DNA from: Candidatus Nomurabacteria bacterium GW2011_GWA1_36_15
GTDB taxonomy: Bacteria > Patescibacteriota > Minisyncoccia > Phycocordibacterales > UBA9973
Reading direction: 5' to 3'
Assembly (NCBI GenBank): GCA_000991415.1
Contig: LBRM01000004.1
Span: forward strand, 1,398 to 65,397
DNA: 64,000 bases
Within the stretch, counting starts at the first letter, position 1. The number at the start of each line of letters is the position of its first letter. Under the pieces are notes generated by a model, which ran no database searches, was not told the DNA's origin, and saw nothing but the letters and a program-made list of their open reading frames with translations. The translations under genes were made by a program, and so were the position numbers. Of the stretch, positions 48,305 through 57,276 are shown piece by piece.

Positions 48305-49746
48305 TGCAATTTAGAATTGAAAAAAAGTTGAAGAATAGTTTAGGGAGAGCAGGGGTGATTACTACATTGCATGGAGAAATAAAAACTCCAGCTTTTGTGC
48401 CTGTAGGTACAAAAGCAAGTGTCAAAGCTTTAACCCCCTCACAAGTGTCCGATTTAGGCGCGGAAGTTATATTAGGAAATACCTATCATTTGTATTTACA
48501 ACCTGGGGATGAAATCGTGCGTGCAGCTGGCGGTATCGGCAAATTTATGAATTGGCCGGGTCCAACTATGACAGATTCAGGAGGTTTCCAAGTTTTTTCT
48601 TTAGGGGTTGCTTATAGTAAAGACCCCGAAGGAAAGCAAGCTTCCAACGGGGCAGGTATTTCTAAGGTAATGACTAAGGCTGACTTACTTCTTATTCCAG
48701 AACGTTTTGATGATAGCGATGCGCCAAGATTGGCTAAGATAGGACAAGATGGAGTTTCTTTTAAATCACATTTGGATGGAAGCATTCATTATATAACCCC
48801 CGAGAAATCAATTCAGATTCAACATAATCTCGGGGCAGATATAATTTTTGCATTTGATGAATGTACCAGTCCGGCTGAAGATTTGAAATATCAAGAAGAA
48901 GCGTTAGAACGTACTCATCGTTGGGCGGAACGAAGTTTGCGGGAACATCAAAAATTGCTGCTTTTTCACGGCTCGCACTCCAACCTGAATGTGGTAACTG
49001 AATCTAATATTGCGTATGCCGAAAAAAGCACAATTTTTGATGCTCTTAAAAAAACAGAAGAATATTCTTTAGAGGGTGTCTCGCAGACTGACGAGTCGAG
49101 AGGCAGCGCTAAGCCAGCAGGATTAGACAGCGACCCTATAAAGAATGATTCTTCTGTTTTTTCTTCAGCACTGTTCGGTATCGTGCAAGGTGGACGGGAA
49201 GAATTTTTGCGAAAAAAATCAGCAAAGATTATTGCAGAAACTAATGTAGATGGAAAATATTTTGATGGTTTTGGAATCGGTGGCTCGTTTGCCAAAGAAG
49301 ATATGTCTTCGGCGGTAAAATGGGTGAATGAAATTTTGCCGGAAGACAAACCAAGACACCTGCTCGGCATAGGGGAGCCGGAGGATTTATTTATGGGGAT
49401 AGAAAATGGGGTAGATCTTTTTGATTGCGTTGCGCCGACTCGCAATGCCCGCAACGGAACACTTTTTACTAAATACGGAAAAATAAATATAAGCAATGCA
49501 AAATATAAAAATGATTTTTCACCGATTGAAAAAGATTGTCAATGCTACACTTGTAAAAATTATACAAAGGCATACGTTTCCCATCTCTTTCATGGCAAAG
49601 AAATGCTGGCTGGAACTCTTGCTTCAATTCACAATTTATATTTTATTATTCATCTTGTAAATAATATTCGTCAATCAATACTTAATGATACGTTCCATGA
49701 ATACAAAAAAGAATTTTTAAAAATGTTTAAGGGCAATCTCGGCTAA
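48304..49746 (+). CDS. tgt: tRNA-guanine transglycosylase with large insertions
   Basis: TPAFVPVGT, TDSGGFQVFSL, FDCVAPTRNAR, CQCYTC. Confidence 0.95.
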   Translation: MQFRIEKKLKNSLGRAGVITTLHGEIKTPAFVPVGTKASVKALTPSQVSDLGAEVILGNTYHLYLQPGDEIVRAAGGIGKFMNWPGPTMTDSGGFQVFSLGVAYSKDPEGKQASNGAGISKVMTKADLLLIPERFDDSDAPRLAKIGQDGVSFKSHLDGSIHYITPEKSIQIQHNLGADIIFAFDECTSPAEDLKYQEEALERTHRWAERSLREHQKLLLFHGSHSNLNVVTESNIAYAEKSTIFDALKKTEEYSLEGVSQTDESRGSAKPAGLDSDPIKNDSSVFSSALFGIVQGGREEFLRKKSAKIIAETNVDGKYFDGFGIGGSFAKEDMSSAVKWVNEILPEDKPRHLLGIGEPEDLFMGIENGVDLFDCVAPTRNARNGTLFTKYGKINISNAKYKNDFSPIEKDCQCYTCKNYTKAYVSHLFHGKEMLAGTLASIHNLYFIIHLVNNIRQSILNDTFHEYKKEFLKMFKGNLG

Positions 49747-50257
49747 GGGGTACAGTATATCCTCCGTCGTCACTATTCCCCCAAATACCATCTGGCCCAG
49801 CAGATCTAATAGTATCCAAACGACAATCAGTAGGTCCCCCCTCTCTTTCATTTTCATCTAATGTATAAGGACTACCCCAAGGATCTCGCAACATATTATC
49901 AATACCCAATACCGTGCCAGCAGTAGCATTTTGTATTGCGGTTAAAGCACTTAACCATTGAGTATAGCAAGAATCACTAGTCGGAATATTTCTGATATCG
50001 CGACCTCTGCAAACACAATCACTACACCCACTGCCTGTTATTTCTAGTAAAGTTTTACCGCTTTCCCCTTGGGCGATTATTGCTGTTTTAACAAATTCAT
50101 TCATTTCAATTTGTGCTTTTGCATATTTTGCTTTTGTTCTGGCGCTATTAAGACTTGATAAAACAATACTTGATAAAAGTCCTATAATGGCAACAACAAC
50201 AAGAAGTTCTATTAGTGTAAAACCTCTACTGTTTTTGTTTTGTAAAATAAGTTTCAT
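49727..50257 (-). CDS. Type IV pilin / GspG-like protein
   Basis: GFTLIELLVVVAIIGLL, DPWGSPY, SAGPDG. Confidence 0.9.
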   Translation of the reverse strand: MKLILQNKNSRGFTLIELLVVVAIIGLLSSIVLSSLNSARTKAKYAKAQIEMNEFVKTAIIAQGESGKTLLEITGSGCSDCVCRGRDIRNIPTSDSCYTQWLSALTAIQNATAGTVLGIDNMLRDPWGSPYTLDENEREGGPTDCRLDTIRSAGPDGIWGNSDDGGYTVPLSRDCP

Positions 50258-50268
50258 AATTATAAAGC

Positions 50269-50613
50269 TTATCGCAAGTCTTCAGGTCTAGGAGGATTTT
50301 GATATTCGGGTGTATTGGGAATATTTCCTCTAAAACCAGCTGGTGCTTCTGATGGCCCACTAAAAGCATTTAATGATAAAATAATTGTTATAATAATTAC
50401 TACTACCACAAATCCTAAAAGAATATATAGTGCATGTTTTTCATTTTTAACAGAACCGCCGGAATATTTTATTACCCATTGGATCATTCTTGGAATTTCA
50501 GGATTTATTGGAGCTGAAGGAGTTTGTTGCTTTTGTTCAACATTTTTCATTTCAAATTCTTTAAGTGCCTTTTTTATTTCTAGATTTTCATTTAAATTCA
50601 AATCCTTATTCAT
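50269..50613 (-). CDS. Hypothetical membrane protein
   Basis: WVIKYSGG then TM; TGaTATAAT 6 nt before ATG. Confidence 0.7.
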   Translation of the reverse strand: MNKDLNLNENLEIKKALKEFEMKNVEQKQQTPSAPINPEIPRMIQWVIKYSGGSVKNEKHALYILLGFVVVVIIITIILSLNAFSGPSEAPAGFRGNIPNTPEYQNPPRPEDLR

Positions 50614-50696
50614 AACAAAATTATATCACGCTAGCCAAAATTTACAAATCCCCCTTTGCATTTTTTTTAGATGCTGGTATAATTATTTTCACCTAA

Positions 50697-52112
50697 ATGG
50701 CCAGGAAAAAAACAAAAAAACACAGCTTGCACCGACGCAAGGTGGGAAAGAATTGGAAGAAATTTTGGAAACTTGGAGTAGACGAATGGAATACGCAATT
50801 TTTTGGTGTGAATAAAGACGGCGACTTGACAGTTACAGAGGGTCATCATATTTATAATCTGAACGGACTGGCGCAAAAATATGGCACACCTCTGCAAGTT
50901 GTTTTTCCTTTTATGCTGGAGGACAGACTGAAAGATTTAATCGGATATTTTCAGGCCTATATGAAAATTTATGGATATAAAGGCAGGTTTTTCTATCACT
51001 ATCCGATGAAAGTAAACCAAAATAAAGATTTTATTTTACCGCTTCTGTCAGAAGGGGCAAATTTAGAAGTGACATCCGCCAACGAACTTTGGCTGGTCAA
51101 AAAACTTTGGGAAGGAGAAAAATTTAATAATAAGATACGTGTCCTTTGCAATGGTCCCAAGACGCATCAATATTTGGATTTGGTGGAAGAATTGCGTTCC
51201 AAGGGCATGAATATAGTGCCGATTATTGAAAGTTCAGAAGAAATTGAAAGACTCATAAAATATAAAGGCGATATAGGAATACGAATAGATTTGGCTATTA
51301 AAGCTGACACGCATTGGGATAAAAGATTTGACCGTTTTGGCCTTTCAGAAAGAGAGGTGTTAGATTTGCCTAAAATGAAGAATCTGAAGATATTACACTA
51401 TCATTTAGGTTCACAAATAAAGACTCAGAAAAGCATTCTAGAAGGTATAAAACACGCATTTAGCATTTATGTTGAATTGCAAAAAACCCATCCCAATCTG
51501 GATACTTTGGATATTGGCGGGGGATTTGGAATTCCATACGAGAAAAAGAAGTTTTATACGGCTAAATCTGTCTCCAGCAAAATAGTTAAAGTTTTAAAAA
51601 ATTTGTCGGACAAAGCAGGCATAAAACATCCTAATCTTGCAGTTGAATGGGGTCAGTATATAGTTGCTCCGGCCCAAGTGACTCTATATAAAATTATTTC
51701 TAAAAAATATATTGATAAAGCGAATGCCAAAGCCTGGTATGTCATTGACGGTAGTTTTATAAATGATCTTAAGGATACTTGGGCCATACATCAGAAATGG
51801 CATATCATACCGGCAAACAATATGGACGGCGCTTTAAAAAGAGTTTGGCTGGCGGGAAGTAGTTGTGATTCTGATGATAAATATACTGCGGGAGGAGATT
51901 ATATTCTTTTACCTAAAATAAATGAGGAAGATCAATACATTGCAATTCTTGATACCGGATGGTGCCAAGATGGTTTAGCTTCGCATCATTGTTTGCTTTC
52001 TCTGCCGGCAAAAATTATTGCTCAAGATGGAGAAATAAAAATTGCTCGCAAGCATGAGACGGCGGAATACATCGGCAAACTTTTTGGTTGGACTAATGGA
52101 GACCATAAGTAA
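50697..52112 (+). CDS. PLP-dependent Orn/DAP/Arg decarboxylase (SpeA-like)
   Basis: YPMKVNQ, RFGL, LHYHLGSQI, DIGGG, SCDSDD. Confidence 0.85.
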   Translation: MARKKTKKHSLHRRKVGKNWKKFWKLGVDEWNTQFFGVNKDGDLTVTEGHHIYNLNGLAQKYGTPLQVVFPFMLEDRLKDLIGYFQAYMKIYGYKGRFFYHYPMKVNQNKDFILPLLSEGANLEVTSANELWLVKKLWEGEKFNNKIRVLCNGPKTHQYLDLVEELRSKGMNIVPIIESSEEIERLIKYKGDIGIRIDLAIKADTHWDKRFDRFGLSEREVLDLPKMKNLKILHYHLGSQIKTQKSILEGIKHAFSIYVELQKTHPNLDTLDIGGGFGIPYEKKKFYTAKSVSSKIVKVLKNLSDKAGIKHPNLAVEWGQYIVAPAQVTLYKIISKKYIDKANAKAWYVIDGSFINDLKDTWAIHQKWHIIPANNMDGALKRVWLAGSSCDSDDKYTAGGDYILLPKINEEDQYIAILDTGWCQDGLASHHCLLSLPAKIIAQDGEIKIARKHETAEYIGKLFGWTNGDHK

Positions 52113-52133
52113 TAAAAAGTTATAAAGTAAAAA

Positions 52134-52598
52134 ATGCAAAATAGAAATATTTTTTTTATTCTGGTAGTTATTGTTTTTTTGGTAATAGAATTTTTTTTAA
52201 TAAAAAATAATTCTCCTAAAAATGTGGAAGTGAATCAAATTCACTTTGTAAAAATTGCGGGGAAAATTTTAAAAGTTGACCTAGCTTTAACCCTGGAAGA
52301 ACAAGAGCAAGGTCTCTCGGGAAGAAATAAATTAAGAGAAGATGAAAGTATGTTATTTGTTTTTGATTATATAAACAAACATCCTTTTTGGATGAAGGAT
52401 ATGAATTTTGCTATAGATATTATCTGGATTGGGGAAAATTTGCGAGTGGTTTATATTAAAAAAAATGCTCAACCGGAGTCATATCCGGAGACTTTTTTGC
52501 CGAAGCAAGACGCCAAGTATGTTTTGGAGGTTTTGTCCCAATTTTCGGAAAAGAATAATTTAAAAGAAGGGGACAGGGTAGAATTTTTGCCCTCTTAG
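52134..52598 (+). CDS. DUF192 protein
   Basis: GLSGR, MLFVF, FWMKDM, YVLE. Confidence 0.85.
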   Translation: MQNRNIFFILVVIVFLVIEFFLIKNNSPKNVEVNQIHFVKIAGKILKVDLALTLEEQEQGLSGRNKLREDESMLFVFDYINKHPFWMKDMNFAIDIIWIGENLRVVYIKKNAQPESYPETFLPKQDAKYVLEVLSQFSEKNNLKEGDRVEFLPS

Positions 52599-52717
52599 GG
52601 CTTGTCATTTCAGCCTTTAAGGAAATATCTATTTACAGTCACTTCAAACTGTTTTTATGTGTTGTTTTTTCTTGTTTTCCACTCGCCTAAATTATTTTTT
52701 GGAAGTATAATCACCTG

Positions 52718-55087
52718 ATGGAAAAAGATTTTATTTTAGGCAAGAAGGAATTGAATAAAATTAAGAATGTCAGAAACCGTGAAGGAGAAATAATTCCTTT
52801 CAACATAAATAAAATCGCGGATGCGATATACAAAGCATTCGTCATGACCAATGAAGGAGAAAAAAAGGAAGCAAAAGACGTTGCTACCAGAGTCTTTCAT
52901 AAATTAATTCAAATTAAAGTAAAAAGTAACGAAAAAAAGTTTATTCCGATGGTAGAAATGATCCAGGACCTGGTAGAAGCCGAACTTATGGACTTGGGAT
53001 ACCATCTTACCGCAAAATCCTATATTTTATATAGGTCCAAGAGAGCAGAACTAAGACGTGAAGTGGGTACTATTCCAACCGAGAGCAAGAAAATTTTTGA
53101 TGAATCAAGCTCTTATTTCGTAAGTTCTTATGAAGAATTTATTTTTTACAGAACATATTCAAAATGGCAAGATGCTTTAGGCAGGCGTGAGACCTGGATA
53201 GAGACCATTGACCGCTTTATGGCTTATATGAAAAAAAATCTTGGCGATAAAATGTCTCAGAAAGATTATTCTGAAGTAAAGGAAGCAATTTTAAAACAAG
53301 AAGTTTGTCCATCAATGAGATTGCTTTGGTCTGCTGGAGAAGCATGTGATAAGACGAATGTCTGGGCTTACAATTGTTCTTATGTGGCGCCTTCTGCTTG
53401 GCAAGATTTAGGAGAGATAATGTACATCTTAATGTGTGGAGCAGGTTTAGGTTTTTCTGTTGAATCTGAAACTGTCCAAAAATTTCCGCAAATAAAAAGA
53501 CAGACAGGGAAAAAACTTGCCACTCATGTGGTAGAAGATAGTAAGGAAGGTTGGGCGGACGCATTTGTCTTAGGTTGCAAAACTTGGGCTGACGGTTATG
53601 ATATAGATTTTGATTTTAGTAAAATTCGTCCGTCAGGCTCCAGATTGAAAGTAGCTGGCGGTCGCGCTTCGGGGCCTCAACCGCTGATTGATCTTATCAA
53701 TTTTGCCAAAAAGAAAATATTATCAAGGCAAGCAAAACGTCTTACTAACTTAGACCTTCACGACATAATCTGCCAAATCGGTCTGATTGTGGTGGCTGGA
53801 GGAGTCCGTCGCAGTGCCTTAATATCTCTTTCTGACATTGACGATGAGTCTATGCGTAAATCAAAACAAGGACAGTTTTGGATTGATAACGGACAACGTT
53901 CCATGGCCAATAACTCGGCTGTATATAGCCAAAAACCGGGAGCTTCGGAATTTTTGAATGAATGGATAGAATTAATAAAATCGGGCACCGGAGAGAGAGG
54001 TATATTCAATAGAGGCGGATTGATGACCCAACTTCCAAAACGTCGAATCGATAACTGGGAAAAAGCTGGTATTATAGACGACCAGAATGTTATTGTCGGC
54101 TTGCCGGGGTCAAATCCTTGCGGAGAAATCACTCTTCAATCCAAGCAATTCTGCAATCTTACTTCTATTGTAGTTCGCCCGGGTGATAATGCGGAAGATT
54201 TAAAAAGGAAAGTCAGACTTTCTACAATCTTAGGCACTTATCAAGCAACTCTGACCAACTTCGGCTATTTATCGAAAGAATGGAAAGAAAATTGTGAAGC
54301 AGAGGCGCTCTTGGGTGTTTCCATCACCGGGTATTATGATAATAAAACAATCAGAACAGAAAAAGTTTTAACAGAGCTTCGCGAGGAATCCATAAAAGTA
54401 AATAAAGAGTATGCCAAAAAATTCGGCATCAATTATTCTACTTGCATTACCACTATCAAGCCTCACGGCAACTCGGGCCAGCTCCTGTATGTCGGTTCCG
54501 GTATGCATCCATGGTATGCAAAATATTATATCAGACGTGTTCGTATTTCTACTAATGATCCTCTGTATCAGTTGATTAAAGACCAAGGTGTTCCTTTCAA
54601 AGCCGAAGTTGGATATTCTACCGCTAATTCAACTGTAGCCGTAGTTGAATTTCCAATTAAAGCGCCGGAAGGAGCTGTTACCCGCGATCAAGTTTCCGCC
54701 ATAGATTTACTGAATGAATGGAAAAAATTAAAAATTAATTATATTGAACACAATCCTTCCGTTACTATTTATGTGGGCAATGATGAATGGATTAAAGTGG
54801 CAAACTTTATTTATGAAAACTGGGATATTGTCGGCGGACTTTCTTTCTTGCCCCGATCCGAACATGTTTACCAGCTTGCGCCGTACGAAGAGATTTCAAA
54901 AGAAGAATATGAAAAAAGAGTCAAGGAAATAAAACATATTGATTTTTCTAAACTTATTTATTACGAGCAAGAAGACAATACCATGGGTGCCAAAGAATTT
55001 GCTTGTGTTTCCGGAGTTTGTTCTATTGATGATGTTTTGGCTGAAGAAGCTCAAAAAGAAAAAGTGGAAGGTCTTTCCGATATCTAA
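52718..55087 (+). CDS. nrdJ: Class II (B12-dependent) ribonucleotide reductase with ATP cone
   Basis: N-terminal ATP cone, PSMR, NCS, NPCGEI, TTIKP, C-terminal CVSGVC. Confidence 0.9.
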   Translation: MEKDFILGKKELNKIKNVRNREGEIIPFNINKIADAIYKAFVMTNEGEKKEAKDVATRVFHKLIQIKVKSNEKKFIPMVEMIQDLVEAELMDLGYHLTAKSYILYRSKRAELRREVGTIPTESKKIFDESSSYFVSSYEEFIFYRTYSKWQDALGRRETWIETIDRFMAYMKKNLGDKMSQKDYSEVKEAILKQEVCPSMRLLWSAGEACDKTNVWAYNCSYVAPSAWQDLGEIMYILMCGAGLGFSVESETVQKFPQIKRQTGKKLATHVVEDSKEGWADAFVLGCKTWADGYDIDFDFSKIRPSGSRLKVAGGRASGPQPLIDLINFAKKKILSRQAKRLTNLDLHDIICQIGLIVVAGGVRRSALISLSDIDDESMRKSKQGQFWIDNGQRSMANNSAVYSQKPGASEFLNEWIELIKSGTGERGIFNRGGLMTQLPKRRIDNWEKAGIIDDQNVIVGLPGSNPCGEITLQSKQFCNLTSIVVRPGDNAEDLKRKVRLSTILGTYQATLTNFGYLSKEWKENCEAEALLGVSITGYYDNKTIRTEKVLTELREESIKVNKEYAKKFGINYSTCITTIKPHGNSGQLLYVGSGMHPWYAKYYIRRVRISTNDPLYQLIKDQGVPFKAEVGYSTANSTVAVVEFPIKAPEGAVTRDQVSAIDLLNEWKKLKINYIEHNPSVTIYVGNDEWIKVANFIYENWDIVGGLSFLPRSEHVYQLAPYEEISKEEYEKRVKEIKHIDFSKLIYYEQEDNTMGAKEFACVSGVCSIDDVLAEEAQKEKVEGLSDI

Positions 55088-55154
55088 TTTACCCACACAT
55101 TATATTAATACAATATGTGGGTTTACTTTTTATTTCTTTTATTTTATAATCTAA

Positions 55155-55543
55155 TTGGTCCTGTATTGGATAGTTGCCCCTCACTGATTTTTAATTCAGT
55201 GGGGGGAGGAAAGTCCGAACACAGCGATCCCTTTTTCTAGGGTGGGAATAGTAGTGGGTAACACCCACATATAGCAATATATAGGTGCGAACAGAGACGT
55301 TTTGTGGTGAAAGCCCCAGAACATCCCCCACCAATTTTACGGTTGGTGGGGGATGAGTTCTACGGTAACGTAGAAAATGAAACGGCTAAATCCTTACTTC
55401 TGTGCAAGATCGTGTTCCCCACCCAGATTCTGGGTGGGGGGAGAATCGCTTGAGTCCTAGAGCAATCTAGGACCTAGATAAATAACTATCACCCTGAACT
55501 TTTTGTAAAGGGCACAGAATTCGGCTTATAGATACAAGACCAA
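55155..55543 (+). ncRNA. rnpB: RNase P RNA
   Basis: GAGGAAAGTCCG and ACAGAATTCGGCTTA P4 strands; P1 TTGGTCCTGTAT/ATACAAGACCAA; TATAAT just upstream. Confidence 0.93.
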
Positions 55544-55550
55544 AAATATG

Positions 55551-55578
55551 AAAAATCCTCTCGCAAGAGAGGATTTTT
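55551..55578 (+). terminator. rnpB terminator
   Basis: AAAATCCTCTC-GCAA-GAGAGGATTTT. Confidence 0.85.
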
Positions 55579-55633
55579 CTGTTGTACGGGGTAAAAACTT
55601 GCTTTTTTATTTAATATATGATATACTCGTTTT

Positions 55634-55709
55634 GTGAGTGTGAGGTTAGATTCATACTTATCGTAAACAACATAAGTGCCGCAAAGACCCGCCGCAAGGC
55701 GGGTTTTTT
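55634..55709 (+). ncRNA. Candidate ~75-nt sRNA
   Basis: TTGCTT-17-TATACT promoter (55599-55627) and ACCCGCC-GCAA-GGCGGGT-T5 terminator. Confidence 0.5.
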
Positions 55710-55774
55710 GTTATTGACTTTTGTATTGAACTATGATAGTATTCTAGGTAGAATAAAAGTAAGGAAATAAGAAA

Positions 55775-55984
55775 ATGGAATATCCAGATTATTTCTATGA
55801 TATTACGTTACCAGGTTTTCCTGGTAATAAAAAATATCAGAAAGAGCTTGCAGAAGCTCAAAAAGTGTTCTTATCAAAAATTATTTTAGCAAAAAGAATT
55901 CATCCTGATGCTAAAAAAATTTGTCTGAATTGTTTCACTCCAATTTTTGAGGTTGGAGGAAGGTGTCCTAATTGTGAAGAATGA
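55775..55984 (+). CDS. Small zinc-ribbon protein
   Basis: CLNC...CPNC; own TTGACT/TAGTAT promoter, AAGGA SD and terminator. Confidence 0.7.
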   Translation: MEYPDYFYDITLPGFPGNKKYQKELAEAQKVFLSKIILAKRIHPDAKKICLNCFTPIFEVGGRCPNCEE

Positions 55985-56088
55985 AAAGCCCGCGGTTTAA
56001 CCAAGGGCTTTTTTTATTATTAAATCTTGGTATAATTATATTGTAGGATAAAAATTCCGCACTGAATTACGGATTTTTGTTTATCAAA

Positions 56089-56928
56089 ATGAGAAATTCA
56101 AAGAAAAAAAATAATAAAAAAGTTTTTGAAAAGATGAAGTTAAAACATCTTCTTATAGTGTTATTTTTTTTAGTCAGTGCTCTTTTGGGTATAGTTTATT
56201 ATTACGGTTTAGATCCGGCTCTTCTGACCAAATTATCTTTTTATGAAAATTTAGCCAATCCTAATATTTATATTGTCAGAGTGCCGGAAGGTTTGCGTAA
56301 AGAAGAAATAGCGGAAATTATGGCGGACAGGCTTAGTTGGGACGAAAGCGAGAAAAATGATTTTGTAAATATCCACCTTGCTTTGAATAGTACTAATTTA
56401 GAAGGTCATTATTTTCCGAAGACTTACTTGATTAATAAAAATGAAAATCCGTCTGCGGTCAGCGCCACTATGTTTGATGAATTTTCCCAAAAAACGGCTA
56501 AAATTAAAAAGTCAAAAGTAGCTCAAATAATAAACGAAGATACAGCTATAAAAATCGCCTCTATTATTCAGCGTGAAGCAGGAGGAAAAAACGATATGAA
56601 GTTGATATCAGGAATTATCTGGAACCGTATTTTTGACGGCATGAAATTGCAAATAGATGCCACTTTGCAGTATGCCAAAGGCAGTGAAGAAAAAGGTTGG
56701 TGGGAACAAGTTAATCCAGAAGACAAAAAAATAAAATCTTCCTATAACACATATTTATATGAAGGTCTTCCACCGGGAGCCATTGCTAATCCCGGCGTGG
56801 ATGCTATTTTTGCCGCCTATAATCCTCAGAAAACAAACTGTCTATTTTATCTGCATGACAAAAACAGGAAAATTCACTGCGCGGTAACATATGAAGAACA
56901 TAAGAAAAATATTGAGAAATACTATTAG
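56089..56928 (+). CDS. mltG: Endolytic transglycosylase
   Basis: LEGHYFPKTY, ASIIQREA, LQIDAT, YNTYLYEGLPPGAIANPG. Confidence 0.9.
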   Translation: MRNSKKKNNKKVFEKMKLKHLLIVLFFLVSALLGIVYYYGLDPALLTKLSFYENLANPNIYIVRVPEGLRKEEIAEIMADRLSWDESEKNDFVNIHLALNSTNLEGHYFPKTYLINKNENPSAVSATMFDEFSQKTAKIKKSKVAQIINEDTAIKIASIIQREAGGKNDMKLISGIIWNRIFDGMKLQIDATLQYAKGSEEKGWWEQVNPEDKKIKSSYNTYLYEGLPPGAIANPGVDAIFAAYNPQKTNCLFYLHDKNRKIHCAVTYEEHKKNIEKYY

Positions 56929-57138
56929 TAAAAAGCATAAATAAACAGATACTAAGAATTATCCCTATTTTTATTGGAGATATTTAAAGGACATAGTAAT
57001 GTCCGATAGAATAATTTATGTCCTTTATAGCAAAAAAGAAAAAAAATTTTTTGCTTTTTTGTCCTATTAAATTATTTTACGGACATATAAGCTTGACATT
57101 ATATTTTCTATATGTAATATATCTATTAGCAAAAATAA

Positions 57139-57276
57139 TTATTAAAATAATGAGCGAAGCGAATATATTTAAATAACCCCGTTAAATAACTTTTGCAAAG
57201 CAAAAGTTGAAATCTAAAAGATTTCATTTAACAGGGTAATGATTTTTATAGTCACTTTACTCCTTAAAAATCAATT
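57139..57276 (+). promoter_or_regulatory. Structured leader element, copy 3
   Basis: ACCCCGTTAAAT (57176) ... ATTTAACAGGGT (57226); inner arms in reversed order relative to copy 2. Confidence 0.75.
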
